Part shown: in pieces, positions 55,601 through 63,358 of the stretch | How positions within the stretch are numbered: the stretch's first letter is position 1 | Layout: each line of letters opens with the position of its first letter | DNA from: Deltaproteobacteria bacterium | GTDB taxonomy: Bacteria; Desulfobacterota; Desulfobacteria; Desulfobacterales; JAHEIW01 | DNA length: 64,000 nucleotides | Assembly: GCA_024639185.1 (NCBI GenBank) | Contig: JAHEIW010000002.1 | Coordinates: 2,842 to 66,841, forward strand | Reading direction: 5' to 3' | Program-made: the position numbers and the translations under genes | The notes under the pieces: model-generated | Told to the model about the DNA's origin: nothing | Seen by the model: only the letters and a program-made list of their open reading frames with translations | Database searches by the model: none

Positions 55601-56054
55601 TCTGCCGACCCAGCTGGCTGAAACCTTCGGCGCCTCTGTGGATGAGGACGGCTTTTTTCAGGAGGCCGACAGCAAGTGGCGGCCGGTGGATTCACTCAAA
55701 GAAGGCGTTTTTGCCTGTGGCTTGGCCCACTCGCCGCGCAACATTGCCGAATCGATTACGACTGCCGAGGCAGCCGCCCAGCGTACGCTTAGAATATTAG
55801 GGCATGAGCGTCTGTCGGCGGGAAAGGTGGTCGCCAATGTTCATCATAGCCTTTGCAGTTTATGTGAACGCTGTATTGATGCCTGTCCTTATCGGGCCCG
55901 CAGCATTGATATGGATCAAGACAGAGTGCTGGTGAATCCGGCCATGTGCCAGGGATGCGGCTCCTGTGCCGCCATTTGCCCCAATGGGGCTTCGGTCCTG
56001 GAAGGATTTTTGGAACAACAAATGCTGGAAATGATCGACGCGGCCATCGGTTAG
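52629..56054 (+). CDS. hdrA: Tandem HdrA-like flavoprotein with an embedded CheY-like receiver domain (REC at about 53200-53575)
   Basis: Module 1: ALVVGAGIAGIRAALDLA, ferredoxin insert CTGCGECVDACP/CTRCGACEEMCP, then RILVVDDELIVRD...LMLLDLKMPEMDG...VVMMTAYA...YLVKPF, then IQCVGSRD...YCSNICCMA. Module 2: HdrA N-domain (ILVIVCTCGVRL...LIGSCLPY), ALVIGGGVAGMTAALAIA, IQCVDSRE...YCSRVCCAN, and a C-terminal 2x[4Fe-4S]. Confidence 0.9.
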   Translation: MARKIGKALVVGAGIAGIRAALDLAESGYGVILIDKSPHIGGILSQLDYQFPTDHCGMCKMLPLVDRDASSQYCLRKGLFHENIDITLSTELVSIKGEPGQFQVMLKEHPNWVTSDLCTGCGECVDACPIEVPDEFNSGLGTRKAIYLPIPHAIPNPYVIDYTVCTRCGACEEMCPTGAIKIPEKARGDFRILVVDDELIVRDSLKEWLAEEGFAVDMAASGQEAIEQLSQQTYQLMLLDLKMPEMDGVEVLQKTIDEFPDLDVVMMTAYATVETAVEAMKIGALDYLVKPFDPETLIPMVKRLYQERAASEGRQIEVGAVVLCGGTAFFDPASGKNTFGYGIFPNVVTHLEFERLLSGTGPYHGQLVRLGDGQALQKIAWIQCVGSRDLQLEADYCSNICCMAAIKQALVAKQKARGNLDTTIFYMDMRTFGKSFERYRQQAEAKHGVRLKRARIHTVDRHAACGDLILRGVDLAGQSSEERFDMVVLTVGQRPIGGANDLSELAGIELNSLGFAQTEAFSLTRSSRSGIELGGSFTGLKDISDSVVQASAAALNASRILHAAGGSLALKSSSFIPSTDVLREVPRILVIVCTCGVRLPAAVDTQKVIEQLTADPLVDGVDFVEQTCTAAGWEHLEKRVAESKPNRILIGSCLPYVYKRKIKDLGQRIGLNPSLIDVVDLASEYQKHVLEKEPKEFITQNVTSKLEMGIARLKWIEPSAPPDIPVIQRALVIGGGVAGMTAALAIADHGFQVDLVEQNDRLGGNLNWLERTLDGHQPTELLQQTRTSVEKHPQIQVHTQTRVVRSTGEVGHFQTTITDAQNTEQTLDHAVTILATGGREAATSAYGYGTSPVIVTQKELEEKLSNQPLDATQLHSIAMIQCVDSREEPRNYCSRVCCANALKHALHLKEINPDIQIYILYRDMMTYGFDESYYTRARKANVIFIQYQFTEKPQVMANQESVRVTVIDSIINRPIQIEADLLVLATGIIPNLPTQLAETFGASVDEDGFFQEADSKWRPVDSLKEGVFACGLAHSPRNIAESITTAEAAAQRTLRILGHERLSAGKVVANVHHSLCSLCERCIDACPYRARSIDMDQDRVLVNPAMCQGCGSCAAICPNGASVLEGFLEQQMLEMIDAAIG

Positions 56055-56118
56055 CTAATTCGTTATTGGTTATTTGTTATTCGTCGCAACGGCATCCCGC
56101 TGCAAAAAGGATGTTTTC

Positions 56119-56691
56119 ATGAAAACAGCAACAAATTTAGATGTATATTACGAAGCCGTTTCAGCTTCTGATAAGCTGGCACCCATTCAGGAAATGATAC
56201 GCGCCTGCATGCAATGCGGCACGTGCACCGGCAGCTGCCCCAATGCGTTTGCCATGGATTACACGCCCCGTCAACTCTGGCGTCTGGTATTGCTCGGACA
56301 AAAGGACGAAATTTTCCGGAGCAAAACATTTTCCTTATGCTCAGACTGTTACCTCTGCACGCTTCGCTGCCCGCGCGGTCTTCATCTGACGGAAGCCATG
56401 GATGCACTGAAACAGATAGCCGCCGGCGAAAATAGGGCTGAGTACAAATACAGTATCTTATTTAACAAAAATTTCATGCAAAGTGTTCGGCGGCACGGCC
56501 GCGTCAAGGAAATGGAATTTATGACGAATTATTTTACAGCCGTGAAAAATCCTCTGGTACCCTTCCGATTTGCTTCCTTGGGGATCAAGCTGATTGCGAA
56601 AGGAAAAGTTTCTGTCAGCTGGCTTCCCAAAGCACGGTTTCCTTTAGAGAAGATTTTTCAAAAAGTAAACGAGTTGGAGACACCCCCATGA
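56119..56691 (+). CDS. hdrC: Heterodisulfide reductase subunit C-like protein
   Basis: CMQCGTCTGSCP and CSDCYLCTLRCP, the two [4Fe-4S] motifs. The ATG at 56119 is preferred over the TTG at 56074. Confidence 0.85.
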   Translation: MKTATNLDVYYEAVSASDKLAPIQEMIRACMQCGTCTGSCPNAFAMDYTPRQLWRLVLLGQKDEIFRSKTFSLCSDCYLCTLRCPRGLHLTEAMDALKQIAAGENRAEYKYSILFNKNFMQSVRRHGRVKEMEFMTNYFTAVKNPLVPFRFASLGIKLIAKGKVSVSWLPKARFPLEKIFQKVNELETPP

Positions 56692-57563
56692 GATATCTAT
56701 ATTATCCCGGATGTTCCCTTGAGGGCACCGCTATTGAATACAACCTTTCCACCCGCTGCATCATGCACATGGCGGGGGTCGAACTGGTTGAAATAGATGA
56801 CTGGACCTGCTGCGGTGCCAGCGCTGCTGAGGCCACAAGCGATTTGCTTTCGCTGGCCCTGCCGGCGAGAAATCTCGCCATTGCCGAAAAAATGGAAGAT
56901 GTCGACGAAATTCTGGTCCCCTGCAGCGCCTGTTATCTGAATCTAAAAAAAGTAGAAGAAAAGACCCGTGGAGACCAGCGGATGATGAATACCTTAAACA
57001 CAATTTTAGCCGAAGAAAATCTTCGCCTACAGGGTCGGGCTGTTGTCCGGCATCTGCTGGATGTCATCGCCAATGATTTAGGTGCGCAAAAGATTCTGTC
57101 ATTGGTGAAGCATTCCCTCAGAGGCCTCATCATTGCCCCTTATTATGGCTGTCAATGTTTGCGGCCTTATACCGTATTTGATGACCCGGAGGTGCCGCAA
57201 TCCATGGAGCCGATTATTGAGGCCACCGGCGCAAAGGCCCACCATTGGGACATGGGGGCAACCTGCTGCGGCGCTTCTCATATGAATACCCGCATGGATG
57301 TGGGCATCGAGCTCGTCGCCCATATTTTGGAGGGGGCCAAAGGAGCCGATGCCATTGTTACCGTATGCCCGATGTGTCAGATGAATCTTGAGGCCCATCA
57401 GCGCAAAATTTCCCATTGGCGCCATGCAGAATTGGACATAACCATACTTTATCTGCCGCAGCTATTGGGACTGGCATTCGGTATTTCTGAAGAAGAGCTG
57501 GGGCTAAATTTGAATCTGTCCGCCAGTGACGCTTTTTTGGAGAAAATACAAAAGGCAGCCTAG
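56688..57563 (+). CDS. hdrB: Heterodisulfide reductase subunit B-like protein (two CCG domains)
   Basis: YYPGCSL...WTCCGAS...PCSACYLNL and YYGCQC...ATCCGAS...VCPMCQMNL. The ATGA overlap with the hdrC stop suggests translational coupling. Confidence 0.9.
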   Translation: MRYLYYPGCSLEGTAIEYNLSTRCIMHMAGVELVEIDDWTCCGASAAEATSDLLSLALPARNLAIAEKMEDVDEILVPCSACYLNLKKVEEKTRGDQRMMNTLNTILAEENLRLQGRAVVRHLLDVIANDLGAQKILSLVKHSLRGLIIAPYYGCQCLRPYTVFDDPEVPQSMEPIIEATGAKAHHWDMGATCCGASHMNTRMDVGIELVAHILEGAKGADAIVTVCPMCQMNLEAHQRKISHWRHAELDITILYLPQLLGLAFGISEEELGLNLNLSASDAFLEKIQKAA

Positions 57564-57649
57564 CAAACAATTTTTGAGTATGTTGACAAAAAAAGTAAAG
57601 AACAATTCAGATGATTTAAAGCTTAATCACAATTAGCAGTAACTTCGAA

Positions 57650-59956
57650 ATGCTCAACTATATATCCAAAATACGACACAGTTTAATTTCGAAACTAATT
57701 GTTTCCGTAGGCCTGGTGCTGTTGCTGTCTTTGGCAGTCTGGGCTTACTTCAACACCAATTATCAGAAAAACAAGTTTATGGCAGACATTATCTGCAGTA
57801 CGGACAGATTGACGAATACCATCCGGTTGGGTGCGCACTATGCCATGATGCTGAATTCACGCGATGACATCAATCAAATTATTCAAAATATCAGCAAGCA
57901 AAGGGAAATCGAAAATATTCGGATTTATAACAAGGAAGGAAAGATAAAATTTTCAAATGAATTAGCGGAAGTCGACAATACCACCAATATCGAAGCCGAA
58001 GCCTGTTATATCTGTCACCGTTCAGAACCACCTCTGTCAGAAGTGAGTCTGAATCAACGGACACGGATATTTAATTCTCCGAAGGGGTATCGGCTGCTGG
58101 GCATCATCAGCCCGATCCGCAACGAGCCAGGGTGTTCCACCGATGCCTGTCACGTGCACCCCAGGGGCAAACAAATTTTGGGTGCGCTGGATCTGGTGGT
58201 TTCGCTGAAGGATACCGATAAGGAAATCTTAAAAGCACAAAAAGGCATGATGGGACTGAGCGCATTTTTGTTTTTGCTGACTTCTGCCATCATCTTCATA
58301 TGTGTTTTGCGATTCGTCAACCGGCCAATCAAGAAATTAATCAATGGCACCCAAGAAATCGCAATCGGTAACTATCTGGACAAGGTGGCTGTCGATCAGG
58401 ATGATGAAATGAGTCAGCTGGCTGGGGCCATCAATCAAATGAGTGATGAAATTGCTAAAAAGCAGCTGGAACTGAACAAACAAAGAGACGAATATCAAAC
58501 ATTGTTTGAACGCGTGCCGTGCTTGATTACGGTTCAAGATAAAAATTTCAAGTTGTTAAGATATAATCGCGAATTTTTTGAACGCTTTGCCCCGCAGTCT
58601 GAGGATTTCTGCTTTCATGCTTACAAAGGCCGAGACGAAAAATGTGTCAATTGCCCGGTTGAAAAAACCTTTGAAGATGGTTTGCCCCACTATGGCGAAG
58701 AGACAGGGGTGTGCAAGGATGGCAGTATGACCTACTGGATCGTCAGAACGTCTCCGATTCTAAATGCCAGCGGTGAAATTGTGGCGGCAATGGAGATGAG
58801 CCTGGACATTACCGAAAGAAAACAACTTGAAGAAAAATTAAAGGCATCTGAGAAAAAATATCATGACATTTTCAACAATATGCCAAACCCGGTTTTCGTT
58901 TTGGATATGGATTCACTTGTAATTCTTGATTGCAATGCGAGTGTTAAGACCGTCTATGGTCATGACAAAGCGGAAACGCTTAATCGCTCCTTTTTAGAAC
59001 TATTTTATGAAGCTGATCGAAACAAATATGCATCTGAAATAAAGCAATCTGAAGTGATCAACCAAGTCAAACAGCGAACTCGGACAGGCAAAACAGTTTT
59101 TGTCAACATTCGGGTGTCACCGTGGAGCTATCAGGGCAAAGACGTATTGCTGGTCACTACCAGCGACATCACCAAGCGGCTTGAAACCGAGCAACAGCTC
59201 ATTCAGGCCAGCAAAATGGCAACTTTGGGAGAAATGGCAACCGGCGTTGCCCACGAACTCAACCAGCCGCTTTCGGTGATCAAAACCGCCAGCAGTTTTT
59301 CCATTAAGAAACTTGAGAAAAATGAGCCGATCGAATTCGAAATTCTGTCTAAGATCTTATTAAAAATAGATAGCAATGTTGATCGTGCTACACGTATCAT
59401 TAACCATATGCGACAGTTCGCCCGTAAATCAGATATGGACCTGGAAAGGGTATACGTCAACGATGTATTGAAAAATGCCTTTGAAATTTTCAGCCAGCAG
59501 TTGAAGTTACGCGGAATTGAAGTGCAGTGGCAGCTTGAGACAAACCTCCCACAAATTTATGCCGACCCCGGCCGTTTGGAACAGGTATTCATAAATCTTT
59601 TGCTAAATGCCAGAGACGCCATTGAAGCAAAATGGAATTACGCGGATGCCAAGCAGGAAAACAAAAAGATTACGCTGAAAACGATGCGTAACAGCCAAAC
59701 CGTTATCTGCGAGGTTTGTGACACGGGAATAGGCGTTCCGGAAGCCATCACCGATAAAATTTTTGAACCCTTTTTTACCACCAAGGAGGTCGGTAACGGC
59801 ACCGGGTTGGGATTAGCCATCAGTTACGGGATCATCAAAGACTGCGGCGGCAGTATACAGGTTGGGTCAAACAAACCAAACGGGGCGTGCTTTATCCTAA
59901 AATTTCCGATTCCGGAAACAACAGATGAAAATGAAAAAGAAAATATTACTCGTTGA
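57650..59956 (+). CDS. Sensor histidine kinase with a periplasmic domain carrying c-type haem-binding motifs, HAMP, 2 PAS, HisKA and HATPase
   Basis: TM1 at about aa 15-34 and TM2 at about aa 203-220. The periplasmic domain has CYICH (CxxCH, nt 58004-58018) and CSTDACH (Cx4CH, nt 58133-58153). H-box [12 protein letters not shown]-boxes DTGIGV / GTGLGLA. Confidence 0.9.
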   Translation: MLNYISKIRHSLISKLIVSVGLVLLLSLAVWAYFNTNYQKNKFMADIICSTDRLTNTIRLGAHYAMMLNSRDDINQIIQNISKQREIENIRIYNKEGKIKFSNELAEVDNTTNIEAEACYICHRSEPPLSEVSLNQRTRIFNSPKGYRLLGIISPIRNEPGCSTDACHVHPRGKQILGALDLVVSLKDTDKEILKAQKGMMGLSAFLFLLTSAIIFICVLRFVNRPIKKLINGTQEIAIGNYLDKVAVDQDDEMSQLAGAINQMSDEIAKKQLELNKQRDEYQTLFERVPCLITVQDKNFKLLRYNREFFERFAPQSEDFCFHAYKGRDEKCVNCPVEKTFEDGLPHYGEETGVCKDGSMTYWIVRTSPILNASGEIVAAMEMSLDITERKQLEEKLKASEKKYHDIFNNMPNPVFVLDMDSLVILDCNASVKTVYGHDKAETLNRSFLELFYEADRNKYASEIKQSEVINQVKQRTRTGKTVFVNIRVSPWSYQGKDVLLVTTSDITKRLETEQQLIQASKMATLGEMATGVAHELNQPLSVIKTASSFSIKKLEKNEPIEFEILSKILLKIDSNVDRATRIINHMRQFARKSDMDLERVYVNDVLKNAFEIFSQQLKLRGIEVQWQLETNLPQIYADPGRLEQVFINLLLNARDAIEAKWNYADAKQENKKITLKTMRNSQTVICEVCDTGIGVPEAITDKIFEPFFTTKEVGNGTGLGLAISYGIIKDCGGSIQVGSNKPNGACFILKFPIPETTDENEKENITR

Positions 59957-61091
59957 TGACGAGAAAGATATCCGCGACGTTCTGTATTTACCCCTGACGG
60001 ATATGGGATATGAGGTCTTTATGGCCGAAGATGGCAACGAGGCACTACGCGTATTTGAAGAAGCGCAACCGTCGATTGTACTGACCGATATAAAAATGCC
60101 CGGAATGGATGGCATTGAATTGTTACAGCAAATCAAACGTGAAAACCCTGAGACCGAAGTGGTTATGATAACCGGCCATGGCGATATGGATCTGGCCATC
60201 AAAAGTTTGAAATATGAAGCCACCGATTTTATCACCAAGCCGATTAATGTGAATGCCCTGGAAATAGCGCTACAGCGAGTTCGCGAACGCATCCTGACCC
60301 GACAACAATTAAGAGAATATACCGAAAACCTGGAAAGACTGATTCGCAAAAAAACAGAATTGCAAGATCATCTCTCATCATTGGGGCTGATGATCAGTTC
60401 AATATCTCACGGAATAAAAGGGTTACTAACCGGCTTGGACGGCGGAATGTATATCCTTGAGAGGGGATTTACACAAAAAAACCAAGATCAGATCACAGAG
60501 GGATGGGAGGTTGTCAAACAAATGGTTGAACGCGTCCGTAAGATGGTTCTGGATATTCTTTATTACGCTAAAGAACGGGATCTGAAATGGGAGCGAATCG
60601 ATGCTTTGAGCTTTGCAGAAGAAGTCGCCAGGGTCGTTGAACCGAAAATACAGTCTCAATCGATCGCGTTTGAAACTAGTTTTGATTCAGCAACCGGAGA
60701 ATTTGAAATTAATGCAGGTTATGTTCATTCAGCAATCCTGAATATTCTGGAAAATGCAGTGGATGCGTGCTGTAGAGACAAGTCAAAACAGAAGCATAAA
60801 ATTACCTTAAAGGTAAGCCAGGATAAAGGTCACATCATATTTGATATTGCTGACAATGGAATTGGAATGGATAGTGAAACCAGCGAAAAAATATTTACGC
60901 CTTTTTTCTCTTTAAAAGGAGAGGAGGGAACCGGTTTAGGCCTTTTTATTTCAAACAAAATCGTCGAGCAACACGGCGGTGAAATAATTGTAAAATCAAA
61001 ATTACGGCAAGGGACCGCGTTTAGAATTAAATTACCCAAAATGCAGTCCCAATCCGCCCCGGCGCCCGAAGCTTCCGCCCTGGCTGGATAA
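59925..61091 (+). CDS. Hybrid response regulator / histidine kinase (REC plus HK core)
   Basis: [13 protein letters not shown]...IVLTDIKMPGMDG...FITKP. H-box-like ISSISHGIKGLLTG. G-boxes DNGIGM / GTGLGLF. Overlaps the preceding gene by 32 nt. Confidence 0.85.
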   Translation: MKMKKKILLVDDEKDIRDVLYLPLTDMGYEVFMAEDGNEALRVFEEAQPSIVLTDIKMPGMDGIELLQQIKRENPETEVVMITGHGDMDLAIKSLKYEATDFITKPINVNALEIALQRVRERILTRQQLREYTENLERLIRKKTELQDHLSSLGLMISSISHGIKGLLTGLDGGMYILERGFTQKNQDQITEGWEVVKQMVERVRKMVLDILYYAKERDLKWERIDALSFAEEVARVVEPKIQSQSIAFETSFDSATGEFEINAGYVHSAILNILENAVDACCRDKSKQKHKITLKVSQDKGHIIFDIADNGIGMDSETSEKIFTPFFSLKGEEGTGLGLFISNKIVEQHGGEIIVKSKLRQGTAFRIKLPKMQSQSAPAPEASALAG

Positions 61092-61294
61092 ACATCACCC
61101 TGGTTCTATATGGATCAGCCGTAAAATAATATCATGAACAGGCCACTCAAATTATGCACATTTTGCTCCCATCATGCCTAAACGGCTGTCTTGGGAGCAC
61201 CCAGTCGCCTTTTGAACCTAAAAAGGCGTATACGATATCGTGAATTTTTTCTTTGAGAAAAATTGACTAAATGACCGGCGAAGGAGGAATAAAA

Positions 61295-61609
61295 ATGAAT
61301 AAGCCGCTTAAATATATGGTGGTCCATGATGACCCGCACATTCCATGGGAGAAGGTTGAAGAGAACTGGGCCAAACTGGCCAATGTCGAACACGCCACCT
61401 GGGTCCGAACCTGTTACAACAAGGAAAAAGGTGTTCGCTATTGTGTTTGGTTGGCACCGAATGAAAAGGTGTTGGCTACGATATTTGATGAGCTTCATAT
61501 CTCATACGAGTCTATCATTGAAGTCGAAGAAACTGTTCCCGATCTGTGGGGTAAGAAATGGCAGGAACATCTGAAGGCTGAAGCAACAGCGGACACACTT
61601 GGTTTCTAA
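61295..61609 (+). CDS. DUF4242-like small protein
   Basis: MNKPLKYMVVHDDP...VRYCVWLAPNEKVLATIFDE resembles the SCO4226/DUF4242 pattern (from memory). Strong RBS GAAGGAGGA lies before the ATG at 61295. Confidence 0.55.
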   Translation: MNKPLKYMVVHDDPHIPWEKVEENWAKLANVEHATWVRTCYNKEKGVRYCVWLAPNEKVLATIFDELHISYESIIEVEETVPDLWGKKWQEHLKAEATADTLGF

Positions 61610-61669
61610 TGGCACTACCCAGTAACTTGCTCAACACTAAACCCATGGGTGTTGTCAAATGGTGATTCT

Positions 61670-61690
61670 GCCCGGCATGAATTGCCGGGC
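61670..61690 (+). terminator. GC-rich hairpin downstream of the DUF4242-like gene (non-canonical terminator candidate)
   Basis: gcccggca-tgaat-tgccgggc, an 8-bp perfect stem. There is no adjacent T-run. Confidence 0.3.
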
Positions 61691-61845
61691 GGGTCACGAC
61701 TTTAAAAAAATATGAAGCGCCTGAGATGTATTGATCGAAGGCATTAGTCTTTCTACAGCATTTTATCAATCGAATTCGAACCCTTAACAAACGATGGTCT
61801 CATAACAATCCTCAACGCTTCATCGCAAAACATGTCAGAGGAGGA

Positions 61846-62163
61846 ATGATGAACATCGATCATTTGATATCAAGTTTCGAGTTTGACAAATCCAGAAGCG
61901 ATTGTCTGATACATGATTTTTTGAAGACATATATTAAAATGAAATCGCATCTATCCATTTGTGAAAATAATGAAGCTGACAGGTTTAAAAAGCAATTAAA
62001 TAATTATTCAGATAATCTAGAGCAATTACTAGAATGCGCTATGTGTTTTCCTTCAGGCTGTAAAAACTGTGTTGGTATGCAAAAATGCATCGATTGTATC
62101 AATCAGGATAATTTGGCATCCTCATTTGTTAAACTAAAGCGCTATATGGAAAACCAAACGTGA
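61846..62163 (+). CDS. Small Cys-rich hypothetical protein (105 aa)
   Basis: RBS GAGGAGGA. C-terminal cluster CAMCFPSGCKNCVGMQKCIDC. Confidence 0.5.
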   Translation: MMNIDHLISSFEFDKSRSDCLIHDFLKTYIKMKSHLSICENNEADRFKKQLNNYSDNLEQLLECAMCFPSGCKNCVGMQKCIDCINQDNLASSFVKLKRYMENQT

Positions 62164-62216
62164 GGCTGCCTTTGACTTTTGAGAAAATTGGCAAACGATA
62201 GTCAATAATTGATGTC

Positions 62217-63302
62217 ATGTCTAACAACAAACAATTGTCGTATGGTACGTTGGCGACGACTCGCAAAATTTGGGGGCGAGATTCAAATCAGATCCTCGAC
62301 CTTCTACCCAGTTCCTTATCCATTCAGGATTCCGAATTTCGTATCGTATTTTATAACCAAAATTTTAAAAAAAACTTTGGTGATGCGCTCGGCCGGCGAT
62401 GCTACTCGGTTTATAAGGGCTCAGATAATATCTGTCCCTTCTGTCCTGTCAAAGAAAGCTTTGGCGATAAACGCATTCACATTCGAGAAGAAACCGTTAA
62501 ACTCCTCAATGGAAAGTGTTGCCAGATGCTCATACAAACGTCCCCCATTGTGAATGCGTATGGTGAGGTAACGGCCGTCATCGACATGGCCACCAACATC
62601 ACGCAGGTCAAAACAGATCGCAAAGAACTGGCCACCCTGGGTCAATCGATTGCGCAGTTATCTCACGGTATTAAAAACATACTGGAAGGATTGCAAGGCG
62701 GCGCCTATGTTGTTGATGAAGGCTTAAAGGATGCGGATTTGAATCTCATCGAGAAAGGGTGGAATATTGTCAACAAAAATATTTTTGAGGTAACCGATTT
62801 TGTAAAAAATATACTGCATTCATCCAAAAGACCCCGCCTTAGATTTGAAATGGCATCACCCGGCCAACTGGTGAAAGACTCAGTCGCATTATTTAAAGAA
62901 AAAGGCAGCGGCTTGCAAATTCGCCTCAGAGAACAGGTCAATCCATATCTGCCCGAAGTTTCGGTTGATACTGCCGGGCTTCGCAGAGTGTTAAACAATC
63001 TGATCTGGAATGCTATGGAAGCCTGCATGAACGATAAACTTAAAAAGAACCATTTTGTCAGTGTAAAAACAGATTTCTATGATGATGATCATTTTATGTT
63101 CGAAATAACGGATAACGGCATCGGAATGGATCAAGCCACCCAGCAAAAAATTTTTGATGATTTTTTTTCAACCAAAGGAAGCAGCGGTACCGGGCTCGGT
63201 CTGGCGGTGGTGGATAAGATCATCAACATGCACGGCGGTAAAATTGAAGTGACTTCAAAGCAGGGAAAGGGCACTAAATTCACAGTTATCCTGAAAATAT
63301 AG
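62217..63302 (+). CDS. Cytoplasmic PAS histidine kinase
   Basis: PAS with CYSVYKGSDNICPFCP. H-box-like IAQLSHGIKNILEG. G-boxes DNGIGM / GTGLGLA. Confidence 0.85.
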   Translation: MSNNKQLSYGTLATTRKIWGRDSNQILDLLPSSLSIQDSEFRIVFYNQNFKKNFGDALGRRCYSVYKGSDNICPFCPVKESFGDKRIHIREETVKLLNGKCCQMLIQTSPIVNAYGEVTAVIDMATNITQVKTDRKELATLGQSIAQLSHGIKNILEGLQGGAYVVDEGLKDADLNLIEKGWNIVNKNIFEVTDFVKNILHSSKRPRLRFEMASPGQLVKDSVALFKEKGSGLQIRLREQVNPYLPEVSVDTAGLRRVLNNLIWNAMEACMNDKLKKNHFVSVKTDFYDDDHFMFEITDNGIGMDQATQQKIFDDFFSTKGSSGTGLGLAVVDKIINMHGGKIEVTSKQGKGTKFTVILKI

Positions 63303-63358
63303 TAACCGCATCCGAATGAGATGAGTCCAGTTCTGAAATGACCAAAAAGGAGATAAAC

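Noticed and set aside
61141-61175. GGCCAC...TGCAC / TTGCT, resembling a sigma-54 promoter
   Set aside because: The GG-to-GC spacing does not fit the 10-nt spacer rule in any register.
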